Positions 36,501 through 49,254 of a stretch of 64,000 bases of DNA are shown here, piece by piece (position 1 is the stretch's first letter; each line of letters opens with the position of its first letter). The notes beneath the pieces are model-generated. The model made no database searches. It had not been told where the DNA came from and saw only the letters and a program-made list of their open reading frames with translations. The stretch covers positions 357,516-421,515 of the forward strand of contig RDEW01000016.1 of the NCBI GenBank assembly GCA_011109175.1. The letters are read 5' to 3'. The stretch is from Dicyema japonicum. Lineage: Eukaryota; Animalia; Dicyemida. The position numbers and the translations under genes are program-made.

Positions 36501-39500
36501 CATGTCATTCTCAAGTTGAACTTGGTGTTATTCAAGCTGTCGCTGTACCTGTAAGTTTGTGGAGAAGGATCCAGTTATGTTTGGTGTTGTTTTTGAGTGT
36601 TTGATAAAGGTCACCCCAACTGGTGTTCTAGAAAGGGGGTATGGTTTGTTTTTATTAATTTTGTGCTTCGTTTTACTGTGTTCTTTATGGGTAGGGAAGA
36701 TAAACGTCCTCGTCTTCATGTAGTGTTTTGATCAGTTTCGGAGTCTTTCAAAGAGAGTTATATTAACTCACCTGGTCTAAATATTTCATTATATGTCACC
36801 ATTTTGGTTTATATTGCATTATTCGTAGTAAAATGACGATGCTCCTTATATAGTCAATTTTCCCACCATCGTTCACAACTGTTTGAACATATTCCTCTTC
36901 ATTGAGAGTAATCGTGTGTGAGTAAAGCTAGTAGTTTATGTCCTTACATGATTAATTAGGATAATGCATACGCCGTTCTGCATAAATCTGAGGAAAACCG
37001 TCCGTTCTTTAACATCTATCAAAGTTGATTCTTTCTGTAATCGTTTTTTAAGTGAAATTATTTTTTAGACACAAAAGTATAGCTGTGTGATTCAGTTGTC
37101 CAACCAGGATAATAATTAAATCATAATAAATTTGAATTAATTAACACCATTTTATATCCCAGAAAAATGAACGATTAAGTTAGTTAAATGTTAAATTGAA
37201 CTCCGCAAGTTCCAAGTACATTATACTTGTTTTTAATGGCACTGCAGACTGAAATAACATTATTAATTACGTAATTCACTTGCCGGCCTGCCGTATTTTT
37301 TAAATATATTATTTTCTAACATATACAATTCATTATCTTCGATAGCGAATTGTCTATTAGTTATTTCTTCATATCTATACTAAATATAATATCATACGCC
37401 TCTGGAATATTGAATGAATCAATGCAAACGATAGCACTATATTATTATTAAAAATACATTTTTAAATGTACAATGTTGGAAATAACTTTAAAAAATTGAA
37501 TGACATTTATTCCTCGAGGAAAGGATCTACATTAATTACAAAAAAACTACATTTGGTAAAGCATTGATAAATTTTCCGCAAATTCGATCGATATAAATTT
37601 GAGGGAATTACAGTAATCAAAATATCTATAAATTTAAAAAAATATGTAACAAGTTCTTAATGGTAGGTGGGAATGTTTGGTTGTCTACAGTTTTCAAACT
37701 TTCATCATAATAATCACATCGACTATGAATATTTAATAATAATTACATAGCATTTAACTTCATTCCCAATAATGAAAATTTGACATCAGATTCAAATTTA
37801 ATATTTTTAACAATTAATGAAGACACATAAAATTCAGGTAGGCCAGTTATCGAATATGTACAGTTAATCCAATATCTTAATAATTTATATTTAATACAGA
37901 AAAGTTTTCCCTACTGTTAATTCGCTTGGGCAAATATTCTGTGATGTCAAAATATCGAATGACAAGTTTAACACGAGAAAAGTGAACATCTATAAGATTA
38001 AATACCAAAATAATGAATATACGATAACCACAAGAAATAAAAATTACTACATGAAATACAGTCGTCATAATTAATTATAATTTTATTAATTAAAGTGTTG
38101 GATTAAATTAATAAAATTAAAAAATAATTTAATTAAATTCACACAATTTACATGGTTTTCCGATTTGTTTAATAATTTTACCATAAAATTTAATAAATTT
38201 GTAAAAAAATGTCTAATAACTTTGCCTTAATGTTTAGTAACCTCATCAAAATGTTTAAAAATTTTTTCTAAAAGTTTAATACCTTTTGAATAATGTTTAT
38301 CTATCTGGAAGCTACTTTTCGTTATCTGAGAGCTAAAAATTGTCCTACTTCTTTCTGGAACTAAGATATGCGGATGACCTGGATTTTGGTTTAGAAGTAT
38401 GATGATATCTAATTCTTTTTTAGACAAGAGTACTGCAGGGTAAATGAAATTATTTTTTCAGACATGAGTACTGCAAGTTAATTAAATTGGTCTAATTTTA
38501 GAGAATTAGACGTGAAGTCAACACAAAGCAGTTTGAAGTAGTTAGCCTGAGTATGATGAGAGAATCTTTTGCCTTCTTTAGAATCAAATAGATGATATTG
38601 TTCTAGTAACAAATGACCAACATTCGCTCTCTCGAATTGATTTTATGTGAAATATTAAAAAATCGAATAAGGTAATCGTTTGACGACAAAATAAATTTTT
38701 TGTGCAATTTTGGCTACATATTGATCTATCAGGACTAAAAGATTTTCAAACTCCGATGTTCTTTTCTACTTGAAAGTAAAAATAGGTCATATTTCTCCTT
38801 GACCTTAAAATTAGGTCAATCGTTAATGTAATTTTAAATATACATTTGATGACTATAGATGCTATTAGTATCCTTAATATTATTCGCAACCAAATGTTGA
38901 TGCAATTGGTTTATTCTGACTTTCCCACTTCTCTTATTTCTGGATCTGTGGACGATTAGGATAACATTTTCTTATTGATCTAAATGACCGAATTAATCTG
39001 AAATCACACTAAATATGGTTTGAAAAAGAAAGAGTTAATTGAGACCAATATGATACTGGAGGTCTGCTTCAAGACGACTAGAAATTAATTAACAAATGCT
39101 TGGTTGAATGTTTATCAATGTGGTAAAATTGGCAACGTTCTGACGACAAGGCAGTGAGAATAGCTACCTTGCTCCGATTTGACCTTAATTTTGTGTTAAT
39201 GAAAATTCATTTCTGGACGCTGAATCGATGGTTATCATCCTTTAAGCAAATTTATAGCTGATCCCGACATGAGGTAACAACTTGACATTAAAAAATGAAC
39301 TTTTTCTGCTGGCCTCCACTAGTTTATTCCTTTGCAATAGCAACGTCCCGAAGGGATAACGATATTACCATTCGCTATGGTTGAAACATTGCTTGGGGCG
39401 TTACACATGTTAAAATATACTCTCCAACAAATTTGGCTGATATCCAGTTAATGACACCGAGGATCATAAATGTCGCTTAGTATTTCGTGGGACTGATTGT

Positions 39501-40134
39501 TTCGAGGTCTTATCTTGTAAGGTATATTACCTAGTTATTAAAGTCGCTCAATATAATAATTAATTTATTAATCGAAGATATGATTACACTAAAATGCCGA
39601 AAATTAAAAATTCATGAGACCATACTGCAGGGAGAATCCTTCATCTCGTAAACTTGATGCTTCGGTTAATCTATACGTACTTGGAAAAAAATGTGGAATG
39701 TGGCCTATTCTATGGACAGCTTTTTTAGCTGAATTATATTGAAGATTGCTGTCGACTTGTGATCGGAAACATTCAGGCTATTTGTATCCTTCACAGTTGA
39801 GTGTTTTGGTTAAAGGCGACTGTTGCGGGAAAACATGCTAAAGATACTTTTTGAGCTGTGTATCTATCGTTTTCGAAAATGAGAACGGAGTCTACTTTTT
39901 TGATTTACATGATGCCTTTAATTTGTTCAGAAATAATAATTTTTTGTATCAGGTATAGGTATCCAACTCAGATCGTCCATTCTTAAATTTAGTAGTGACT
40001 CGACTCTTTGACTTAGCGTCTGATCCAGGCACAGTAAAAAATCTCGATGTCCGATTCACGGAGAAACTCCGAAGAGCGTATTGCAATTTCGGTAAACATA
40101 AGCTTCTAATAAACATTTTATGTCACAGTCCTTA

Positions 40135-40991
40135 GTTTTAATATAATCGGATTATGATCACTATGAAAATCGTAGGAGACGTTCTATGAAATCTTCGCGG
40201 CAATCCTAGAGGAAGCAATGGATATATCGGGGAGTTTGGGTTGTCATTTTTTGTCATTTCTTCGGATAGGTGTCCTTGTGAAGATATACGGGAATAAGAA
40301 TCACCATTTTTTCGATAGAGTCGGTAATTAGACACATCCTCTTTTCTCCGACTTAGTACTAAGCCATTGCGGATGTTTGGCTTTGAAATCCCCACATAGT
40401 AACACATTTTGAATTTCTTTTAGTTTATCGAGCTTCGGAACATAGTTATTAGGACTGGATCCCGGCGGTGGAATGTAAATGTTGATTAGAATAAGATGTT
40501 CTGACCCATTAATAAGATCAATAGAAATTTGATCCGCGGTCTTGTGTAGAATTAAATCCCACTTGCGAGCTCACATCGTGGAAGGATAAACCGTTTTTAA
40601 TAGTGGTGAGTAACCCGCCACACACATCCAATGCGATCTTTTCTGATAGAGATGTATCCAGGAAAAAGTGGGGTTGAACTCTTTGTAGAAAGTTTTGACT
40701 TTTGGATAAGGCAGATGTCAATCTTGTGCTTCGTTAATAAACATCGTAACTCTAGAATCTTTGTTTTTATTCCGTTAGCATTGAGTTGCATAAAAACAAG
40801 GGGTTTTGGTCCAGGGTTTTGTTCAATATCTCCAGAAAGCAATAGAATCCAGGGGAACAAACAACATCTCGAGTTTCCAGTTGAGGTATACCATCCAGGC
40901 ATAAAGAGTCTGGATGGGGAAGAGCAAATGGTTCTTTTTGGTGTATTATTACACTGAGCGCCACCAAAAAAGGTAAACCACATGACGCCAC
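40135..40991 (-). mobile_element. Ingi/Vingi-like element, 5' part (fold, intact 2A, APE), 3'-truncated
   Basis: Close copy of 16931-17780. ORF 40597-40983 contains LLLSGDIEQNPGP-KPLVFMQLNANG; fold at 40929-40991. Confidence 0.85.
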
Positions 40992-41139
40992 GAGAAAATC
41001 AATAGATTTGGAGTAGTTGTAGTCTGAGATGTAATAGTCGTCGAATAATTGTAGTATTAAGGGATGCAGTAGTTTTTGCATCTTTTTCATTATTAAACGC
41101 CCAATGTGTACATAACCCATTAAGTCCAAATATAGTAGG

Positions 41140-41333
41140 TCCTTCTAAGTTAGTTCTTCCACAGTAGGTCCTTTCCCTCTTATTTCCTTCATAAATAATC
41201 CAGATTCAAAAATAGGGACCAATGATGTGAATGACATCCTTCTAAGTTAGTTCTTCCACAGTAGGTCCTTTCCCTCTTATTTCCTTCATAAATAATCCAG
41301 ATTCAAATATAGGGACCAATGATGTGAATGACA
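41140..41333. repeat. Near-perfect 97-bp tandem duplication
   Basis: 41140-41236 versus 41237-41333, one substitution seen. Confidence 0.9.
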
Positions 41334-41649
41334 AAGTCTTGTAGATTTGGCATGTAATGTCAAATGATGTGGGTACAAGGTCCAGCGTGGAAATTATTCA
41401 AGATTTGAGTTACTATATGTTCCTTTACCTCGCAATAGGCTCATTCGTTTTGTAAATAGTTCCTTCGTCTTGTAATGTGACCCTTTGTCTTGAAACTCTG
41501 TTTTGAAAAACTCTACATTAAATTAAAAATTCAATAACACTAATGGTGCCACGAGGAAAATAATCCCAAAGAATATAAAATATCTCCAACACGAGTAAAA
41601 ATGATACAAGTAACTGTTATTATTTTATTATTAAGTGAATAACCTTAAT

Positions 41650-42935
41650 CAAAGAGAATCTTGGTGGACATACTAGACTTTATTGGACAAATATGAAAAT
41701 CAATTAAGAAATTGAGCTAAACCCATGAAAATTTTAGATTAGAATGTTGCTTGTTATAATACATTCACCTTCTTTATTACATATATAACCTCTGATGACT
41801 CTTAATGCTCTCGAATATGGAATGAGTACACGCTCCACCAATTTCTGTAGTTCAAATTTTTCTTTTTTAAATAAGCAAAAATAATGCCTTCTCATTGATA
41901 TAAAATTTAACTATGATGGTAAGGTATATACTCTAAATAGTTACATTTTCTCTTGAGTTGGTTTGGGGGTACTGATTAAACACACAAACTCATTGTAGCA
42001 GTAATATTCGAATCTGTCCAAGGATGGTTTATGTAAATGACCCAGTTTTTCTGTCATACTATATTAGAGAACTCAGACTGAATCAGATTGAGTCTTCTTT
42101 GTTCCAATGTCTTTCTCGAAATCTTACAATGATATTCCATACAGAACCGGTTGTTTTAGAATTTTTATAATTGTATTCTATCAAAATAAAATTTACAAAA
42201 CTCAGCCATTCAGCAGCGTCAAACAAATCATGAACATTTCCTAGTGTAATTTCAGCATTCAAATTATCTGACAATGTAACATCTGACTTTCAATAGGTAC
42301 ATGTTGATTCATTAGTGACTGATAATAAGACATGTCAGTGTGGTTAGTTATCAATATTCCAATCCCACGTGTTTCGAACTGAGGACGTTCCGCTAGTTCC
42401 ATCATTTGTATAACATCCAGACAACTCAACCCATTTACTCTTTTCAGGACTGTACAATTGGGTATAGTGATGACTGTGTGTTCAAGAAGGTTCATCCCCA
42501 TGCCAGATTGGTTGTTGATTTTATTTTATTTATTATAAAGAACTTGAATAAGTATGTGACAAAATAAATCCTTAACTAGTGACCAGTCTAAAATTGATAA
42601 TTTATATAACTTTTACTCCCAGTGTAATAAATAGCAAAACCAAAAAGCAACAAATCTTTCAAATCCAAATTCCTATCATGTTCCCCTTCAGTTATTAATA
42701 TATCATTAGATTTATTGCTTTCTTTGATAAACACTCCCAATGGATCATTACCCAAACTTATTGCCTTTAAGGAACGTTTTGTCTTTGCTGTCTTTTTCCG
42801 TGAATGTACAAATAAGAACTTACGTTGATAAACAACATAAACCTGATTGGAGGCAGCATGATCCATAACTTTATACACAATGTCAATTATTAGTTGGTAG
42901 CGTCGAGCAGCTTTCTCGTTGATTTTAATAGACAA
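41650..42935 (-). pseudogene. SNRNP200: Brr2/SNRNP200-like Ski2 helicase remnant (RecA2, winged helix, Sec63 start)
   Basis: FVHSRKKTAKT, LKDLLLFGFAI, MNLLEHTVI, QMMELAERPQF (normally GRAGRPQ), YYQSLMNQHVPIESQM, DNLNAEITLG, LYGIS, ELQKLVERVLIP; stops and frameshifts. Confidence 0.8.
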
Positions 42936-43099
42936 ACTAATTTTTTATTAGTTTGAAATCTTTTCACTAAGTCAAGGTCTTTTATAGTCTTTTAATTTGT
43001 TATCCTCTTGTATGACGATCAGATTTTTGAGTTAAAAATCCGAAAGGTTTTTAGTCAAAAATCGTAGTAATAACTCATTTAGATGCTTGGAGCGCAATC

Positions 43100-43330
43100 T
43101 TCTATTCAGAGTCAGTAAAAGTATGTTCCTTAAATAAGTTATGGTCCTTTAGGAAATGGACCGGACAGCTCGTAAGAACTTGACAATGGTCTCGCTGTAT
43201 AAATTAACTACTGTTTTTTCGACAAATTCTATTCCTAAGTTTCACGACCAGAACCACTATACGATGCTCAACTCCCAATACTCTACAACTCGGGAACGTG
43301 GGGGCTAACTCAAGGAGTCAGAAAGTTTAA
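43100..43330 (+). mobile_element. RTE RT C-terminal fragment
   Basis: LPILYNSGTWGLT resembles PVLLYNTGTW. Confidence 0.5.
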
Positions 43331-44545
43331 GGAGTCAAAAAGTCTCCGAAAAATCTAAATATCTAGAAGAGCGTAGAAGAGTCTAACAAACTGTATCATC
43401 CGGGCGGTGGTAGACACGACAGGAAGAATATAACTTTCTTATTGTGAATGTGCATTTTGAGAATAATAATTGTTTACGGAAAATGATGTCTTGATGAGAC
43501 TTTTACAAATTTTTGTCAAGCCGGATCTTCACTAATTTCTGAAAAGTTAATCCTTTTACATAGTTACATGAATCCATCAATGTCCTAAACCATGACGAAT
43601 ATGTTTTTTAACTGTCTCAATTTATTGGTTGTCTTTTACTTTTTTATCGATTAATGTTGACAAATAGAGGGATTCAGAAGAAATTTATAAATTTCTGCTT
43701 GTAGAGTTCAACTGGAGGAAAAGTTTATCTGTGTATTGGCTGATCCCCATCTATCCTGTCTTGTGGTCTATCATTTTGAAGAGCTCCCCAAGTAAAATGG
43801 AATCGGAACATATTGGTAAGGTTAATGGACATTTTCACTTTACGAAATTCGATAGTCATCATATCTCTGACTGTATCGAGGGAACGGATTCAGTGTGGGA
43901 TTTGAAAGAAACCCTGGTAGAGAAAAGGGTTGTTTTTGAGAAAGAGAGAGAGAATTGCAAAAATCTGCATCGAAAATTTCCAAAAAAAAAGTTCCAGAGT
44001 AGAATGGAAAATAGAGCTACCTGTCCATTGCATGTGGCGTCTATAAACTGAGGCATGCTGGGTAGTTCATCGTGCTTAAATTCTTCTCCGCTGTCAAATT
44101 GTAATTCCAAAAAGGTCCAAAGTTATTTTAAAAAATGAGCAGATTATCCATGAAGAATCTTATTGTCCATGGAATAAAGGAATGTTGGACATTGAACATT
44201 AAGATAAGCCCCCCACACTCCGAGGGGCGCCTCCAAATCATCATTTTGAACTTATAACATCTGAGATAAATAATTTCGTCATTCGATTGCATTTCAGCTG
44301 TCAACAATTAAAAAAACTGTGACATTTTTACGAGGAGAACTTTTATAAGTATCATTGGCATCATGGAACTTTGAAAACATGTATCTTACTTCTATTTGAT
44401 TTTCATCTTAAAAATTTTCACTAAGAGGCAAGAATCAGACATAATAGTAACCAAACTCAAAGTTAAAAAATTAAAAAAATTAAAAATTAAGTAAATTAAT
44501 TTAATTTGGCGGTATGTACAACATCGTTGGTTATGAACGTAAACT

Positions 44546-44888
44546 GTGGTGCTGCGTTGAAATTAGCCGCGTGGCGCCATGTGGTGCTGCGTGGTTAATT
44601 GGTTGAAGTTCTCCGCTTGCTTGTCTGTTCCTCCTCTCTCTTCCTAATAGAGTGGCGTCATGTGATCCACCTGTCTTGGTGACGCCCAGTGCCAGGCCGG
44701 CACGAAAAAAGATCATTTGCTCTTCCTCACTCCAGTGGAGGGGTTTCCACAACTGCATGTAATGGACGTCTTACCTTTTATGCTGATTCCGGATGGACTC
44801 TGTTTCTGTAGAAGTGGAAACTGGATACACTAATTAGTTGTTTACTTTAACTTCTTTCTCGGTGTATCCGGGGTTAATAAATAAATAA
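44546..44888 (+). mobile_element. 343-bp non-autonomous retroelement with 13-bp TSD
   Basis: Flanked by ATGAACGTAAACT (44533-44545, 44889-44901). Contains the leader, the fold (44652-44715) and the 3' hairpin plus (TAAA)n. Confidence 0.8.
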
Positions 44889-45207
44889 ATGAACGTAAAC
44901 TAGAAGCAAGATTCAAATAAAGTGGTAAAGCATGCTTATTAATAGCTCGAGTAATTCTGATATGAAAGGAGAACTTAGTCAGACAAAATAGAAGCTGGAG
45001 AATTATTTTAGACCTAATAAGCAATCCCGAGAAACAAAGGTCTATGAAACTGATATGTGAGGGTTGTTGAAAGTTCGGGTAAAGCTCTAACAGATGCAGC
45101 AAAAGAAGCAAATGAAATAGTAGAGAAAATGCATATTACGTTACCAAAATATATATTAAACATTTTCAAGGCGCGAAAGAACAGGCTATTGTAACAAGTG
45201 TTTAAAT

Positions 45208-45955
45208 CAGGGATTCCCAAAGTGGCGAGATCGCCCCCAAGGAAGCGATAATAAATTATTCGTAAAAATCATTTCATACAACTAATTAATATAATAGAAT
45301 TTCAGTATGATGAACCTGTAATTTTAAATTGACACTAGCGTGAATTGCAGTGTATTTGTATCTTCAACAATGGAGCAGAGACCCTAAATAAAAAAATTCG
45401 TCGATATAATATTCAATATTAAAAATATGTTTTCATCGCATCTCCTAGTGATGAAAGACGAACTTTTTGTTTATTATGCTCAAAGTCATTTTCTAACAAG
45501 GCTATGAAGCCTTCTAGATTAAGTCAGCTTCTACGAAAGGTTCTTATATTTTATTAAAATACAGGTCCATCAAAATAATTTCAACCAGCCGCTGACATTT
45601 TTCCAAAAGTTACGGGGGAAACAAAAAAATCAACGGAGTCTGTAGAAAATAATCTCCAGTATTAATGAATGTAGTGATGATGACTTTGTTGCATCATGTA
45701 ACATCGCTTTACTTGTCGCCAAGTCGGGGAAACCGCACACAATTGGGAGGAATTGATAAAACCATCAATTCATGAAGTACTGAAAACAGTAATGCACTAA
45801 CCGTCTCAGAATATTATTAAGTCAATTTCGCTTAGCAACAATAGGATACAGAGACGTATTGATGATATGGCTTTCGAAGTGGAATACGATTTTTGTTTAA
45901 TACTGAAAAATACAGAATTCAGTCTACAATTAGATGAGTCAATCCTTCCTGAAAA
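45208..45955 (+). mobile_element. hAT transposon, Buster/Charlie type, 5' part, pseudogenised
   Basis: TIR-like CAGGGATTCCCAAAGTG preceded by GTTTAAAT (NNNTANNN pattern); CLLC...MKPSRL, IAKSGKPHTIG-like, LSNNRIQRRIDDM, FSLQLDES. Confidence 0.85.
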
Positions 45956-46089
45956 TTAATTTTAATAATAAATTTTAATAATTCATAAATATATTATAAA
46001 TTTTAATTTTTTTATCAATAAATTAATTTAACAAATGCGTCTAGTGAGATTATCTCAAGAAAAATTAAATTAAAATTGTAACAATTTAA

Positions 46090-46260
46090 ACCTAGCATGA
46101 ATCACTAGACCACATGACGTATTTCAGCATAAGAAACTCTCTAAAAATGTATTTTCGACGAGGAAATAGCATATATTTGAAATATTACGGGATTGTTAGG
46201 GATCTGATTGGGACAGTTATCTCAAATTGTGTATTTTGTCAAGTATTTTTTGTTTTTTTA
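46090..46260 (+). mobile_element. Integrase HHCC zinc-binding remnant
   Basis: HESLDH...YYGIVRDLIGTVISNCVFCQ. Confidence 0.4.
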
Positions 46261-47049
46261 TTTCAATATACAATGGTGTTACAAAGAGGATCGACAGCCT
46301 GGGAAATACAAGATCTAACTCGGCCATAAATGAACACGCTTTAATTGAGTTCTTAGGTACTTCACGGCAAAGTGTGGTTGTATGTTAAACGGGAGTACCT
46401 TGGAAGGATGAGGTGGTTAAATGCATACATCTTTGCCTGTGTCGTCAATATGGAATTAAGAAGACTAAAAGACTCAAGACAAACTCCGTGTACTTTATTG
46501 TTACTTATAAGTCATTATACATTCTCCTGGATACGACTGATTGAAACGAGTTGAAGTAAAAAAGCTGCTACCAGCAATTTGTCATATTTCACAATTCTAA
46601 AGTAACCGTGGTAGCAATAGTAATGGTATGAGATAGTTTTGTGAGCAATTTCTATAAACACAATCAATACACACTCAAAGGGATGATAGTCTACGAGCAT
46701 ATTTAGGGTATGCAAGTAGTTCATAAACCTTGCTTGGTCACAGCGGATGGTTGGGAGATATATATTTGATATTGCTTAATAAAAGTCTGATGCTAAAGTT
46801 GAACAAGGAAAACTCAACTCCTAAAATAAAAGTCGACAAAATTGTAATACACTTTCGTGATTTGTTATATTCATAAATATTAATTAAAAGATTTTAGGGT
46901 CTGGGAAGTGCACAGTATATAATTTTCTTTGAACTCCTCTTACTGTTGATAAGATGAATCTTCGACTCCCAACATAATCGTCAGAGATCGGATGAGGGAG
47001 TCTGCTGGATACCCTTCCATATGGAAAATTTCTCTTTGATAGAGAAGAC

Positions 47050-47358
47050 GGAAAATGGCCTCACGGAATTACAAGTTTTCTGTTTGTTTTGTAGATCCTC
47101 CTCTTTCCTTCCTACTCAAGTGGCGTTATGATTTTCACCCGGCGCCCAGTGCCAGGCTGGCACAAAAAAGGATCATTTGCTCTCTCCCACTCTATTGGAA
47201 CGGTTTCCAAAACTTCAAAAATGGACGTCTTTTAGCACTTATGCTGTGTCCGGATGGATTTGTATGACGTTGAAGGACTCTGTAACAGTGGAAACTGAAT
47301 ACACTTAATTAGTTGTTTACTGTTGTTTTTATCAGTATCCGAGTTAATTAAATAAATT
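47050..47358 (+). mobile_element. Second short non-autonomous element similar to 44546-44888
   Basis: Collinear similarity over the fold (47120-47175, L3 partly deleted), body and 3' end. Confidence 0.7.
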
Positions 47359-48327
47359 GATTATTAATAAAATTTTAAGCTTGATAAATTATTTAAGCAA
47401 AGTTACACTTTTTAATTTTTACATCTTTCTTTAAAATCTTTTTAAATAATAATAAAATCAAAATAAGAAAATTAGAATAAGTCAGAATCTGTCTGTATTA
47501 AGATGCATTTATTTTTTTAGAAGTTAGTCGTGTATAAATTCTATACTGACTGAATATGAAAAGCCAAGATATCCTATATGAAGTCTGCTATACGTACATT
47601 GTGTAAATGGGTACCAACTAAGTTTATGATGTTTTTCGTTTAGAGGTGCTAAGTTTCCCCATAAATAGGCAATAAATAAAAGATTTGAGATGTCATAAAA
47701 GATACGCAACTTGCTTTCGCAATGCTTCTTAATTTGGTAATACAAGAAACTCCTAAAAAGTTTTAAACTATACAGATTTTTGCATTCACTACGAAAAAGA
47801 ACAGAATACATTCCGACCACGAAATGGAGCAAAAATTCCCCAATTTTAAATTTTCCCCAATAAATGAGTTTTAAAAAGCTAAATAAAAATGTCGAAAAAT
47901 TACTTTTATTATAAAAATAACTTTAATAACAACAAAACAAGTCTTCTCTTAAGTTACGTTCATCGATCGCGTTTCTTAGGAATTGAAGAGGGCAAACAGC
48001 AAAAAGGAATTCTTCGAACAACTTGAATCTAGCGCTAGCAGTAACCGATAAATATATGATTGGAGACTGTTAATTTTATAATTCCGCTCATTCGTTTTCT
48101 TTGAAGATTTTTTAAGAGATCAATGTATCGTGAAGATAAAAACACCAAGTTGTCTTTAATAAATTAAGTCAGTTGGCAAGCCCTACCGTTTCGTATTACT
48201 TCCCCCATAACTTAATTATCAGTGATTATTTATAATAATTTACTTAAGAAATAATTTAACGTAAAAATGTTAAATTTGTTATTTTGTAGTGTATTTAGAA
48301 ATTTTATTAATGAAAAAGAGTTCAAAA

Positions 48328-48510
48328 TTAAGGCATCTGAATGGCCATGCTATTTCCCCTAACAATAGCCAACGAGATACGTTCTCGGAACCAACCAGTC
48401 TCTCGCGGATCCTTGGTCACAGCTTGAATCATGGAGCCGATCTTACGAACCAACTCATCTGCTTGGGGGCCAAGGATTCCTGACGTTTCCACTGCGAATT
48501 TAGAAAGAAC
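48328..48510 (-). mobile_element. CRE-clade 3' fragment
   Basis: FAVETSGILGP...RETGWFRERISLAIVRGNS. Confidence 0.8.
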
Positions 48511-48649
48511 TTGAATTGTTACCAAACCAATAAATTAAGCAATTAATATCCCTAAATATGTTAATAGTTTTATAGTCCACACTTTACCATTTCTAATTAG
48601 ATGGCAAGTATTTACTCGTAAAATTCTTCATATAGTTATCACGTTTTCT

Positions 48650-49254
48650 GACATTTGGCCCAGGGATCTTCATATCTTTTTCAATATCATTCTTTATATT
48701 TTGTGTTATATTACCGGTAGGAGATATAACTACAAATCTCACTTTAAGAGATCCAATTTGATCAGGATTATCAGGGAGAGGTAATCCTTCATTATGAATC
48801 GAATATTCAGTAGCAGAATTAAATGGGATAAGTATGTTTATTTCAGTTGTCTAGCAAAAACTAGCAAAAGAAATAATATAGGAATTTTCAAAATTAAATC
48901 GTAAATTATAATCTCAGCAGTGTAAATCAAGTCTGCACCATCTCTTTCATAAATAGGAGCTGGCTTATCCAAAATTTGAATCGCAAAGTTAATTTCTTTA
49001 TTTTCTTGTGATCTGATTAAAGTCCCTCTCTCACATCCAGGGTGAACATAAAAATTACTGATATGTGTGCTTAATTCACCATTTTTAATTGTACATTCGA
49101 AATTCTTTCCTTTCTCTGTCTCTTCAAGTAGATCTATGGTTAAAATATTAATGAGTTTTTCTATATGGACATGTTGTTTTGAATCCTCATTAATTTTGTT
49201 TTCGGACACAATATCGTTTCTAAGATTTCCCATTTCGTCTTTCATAAGTTCCAT
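48650..49254 (-). pseudogene. DnaJ/Hsp40 C-terminal-domain-like gene, apparently disrupted
   Basis: VHPGCERGTLI, DKPAPIYERDGADLIY, then in another frame NEGLPLPDNPDQIGSLKVRF; no J-domain found. Confidence 0.55.
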
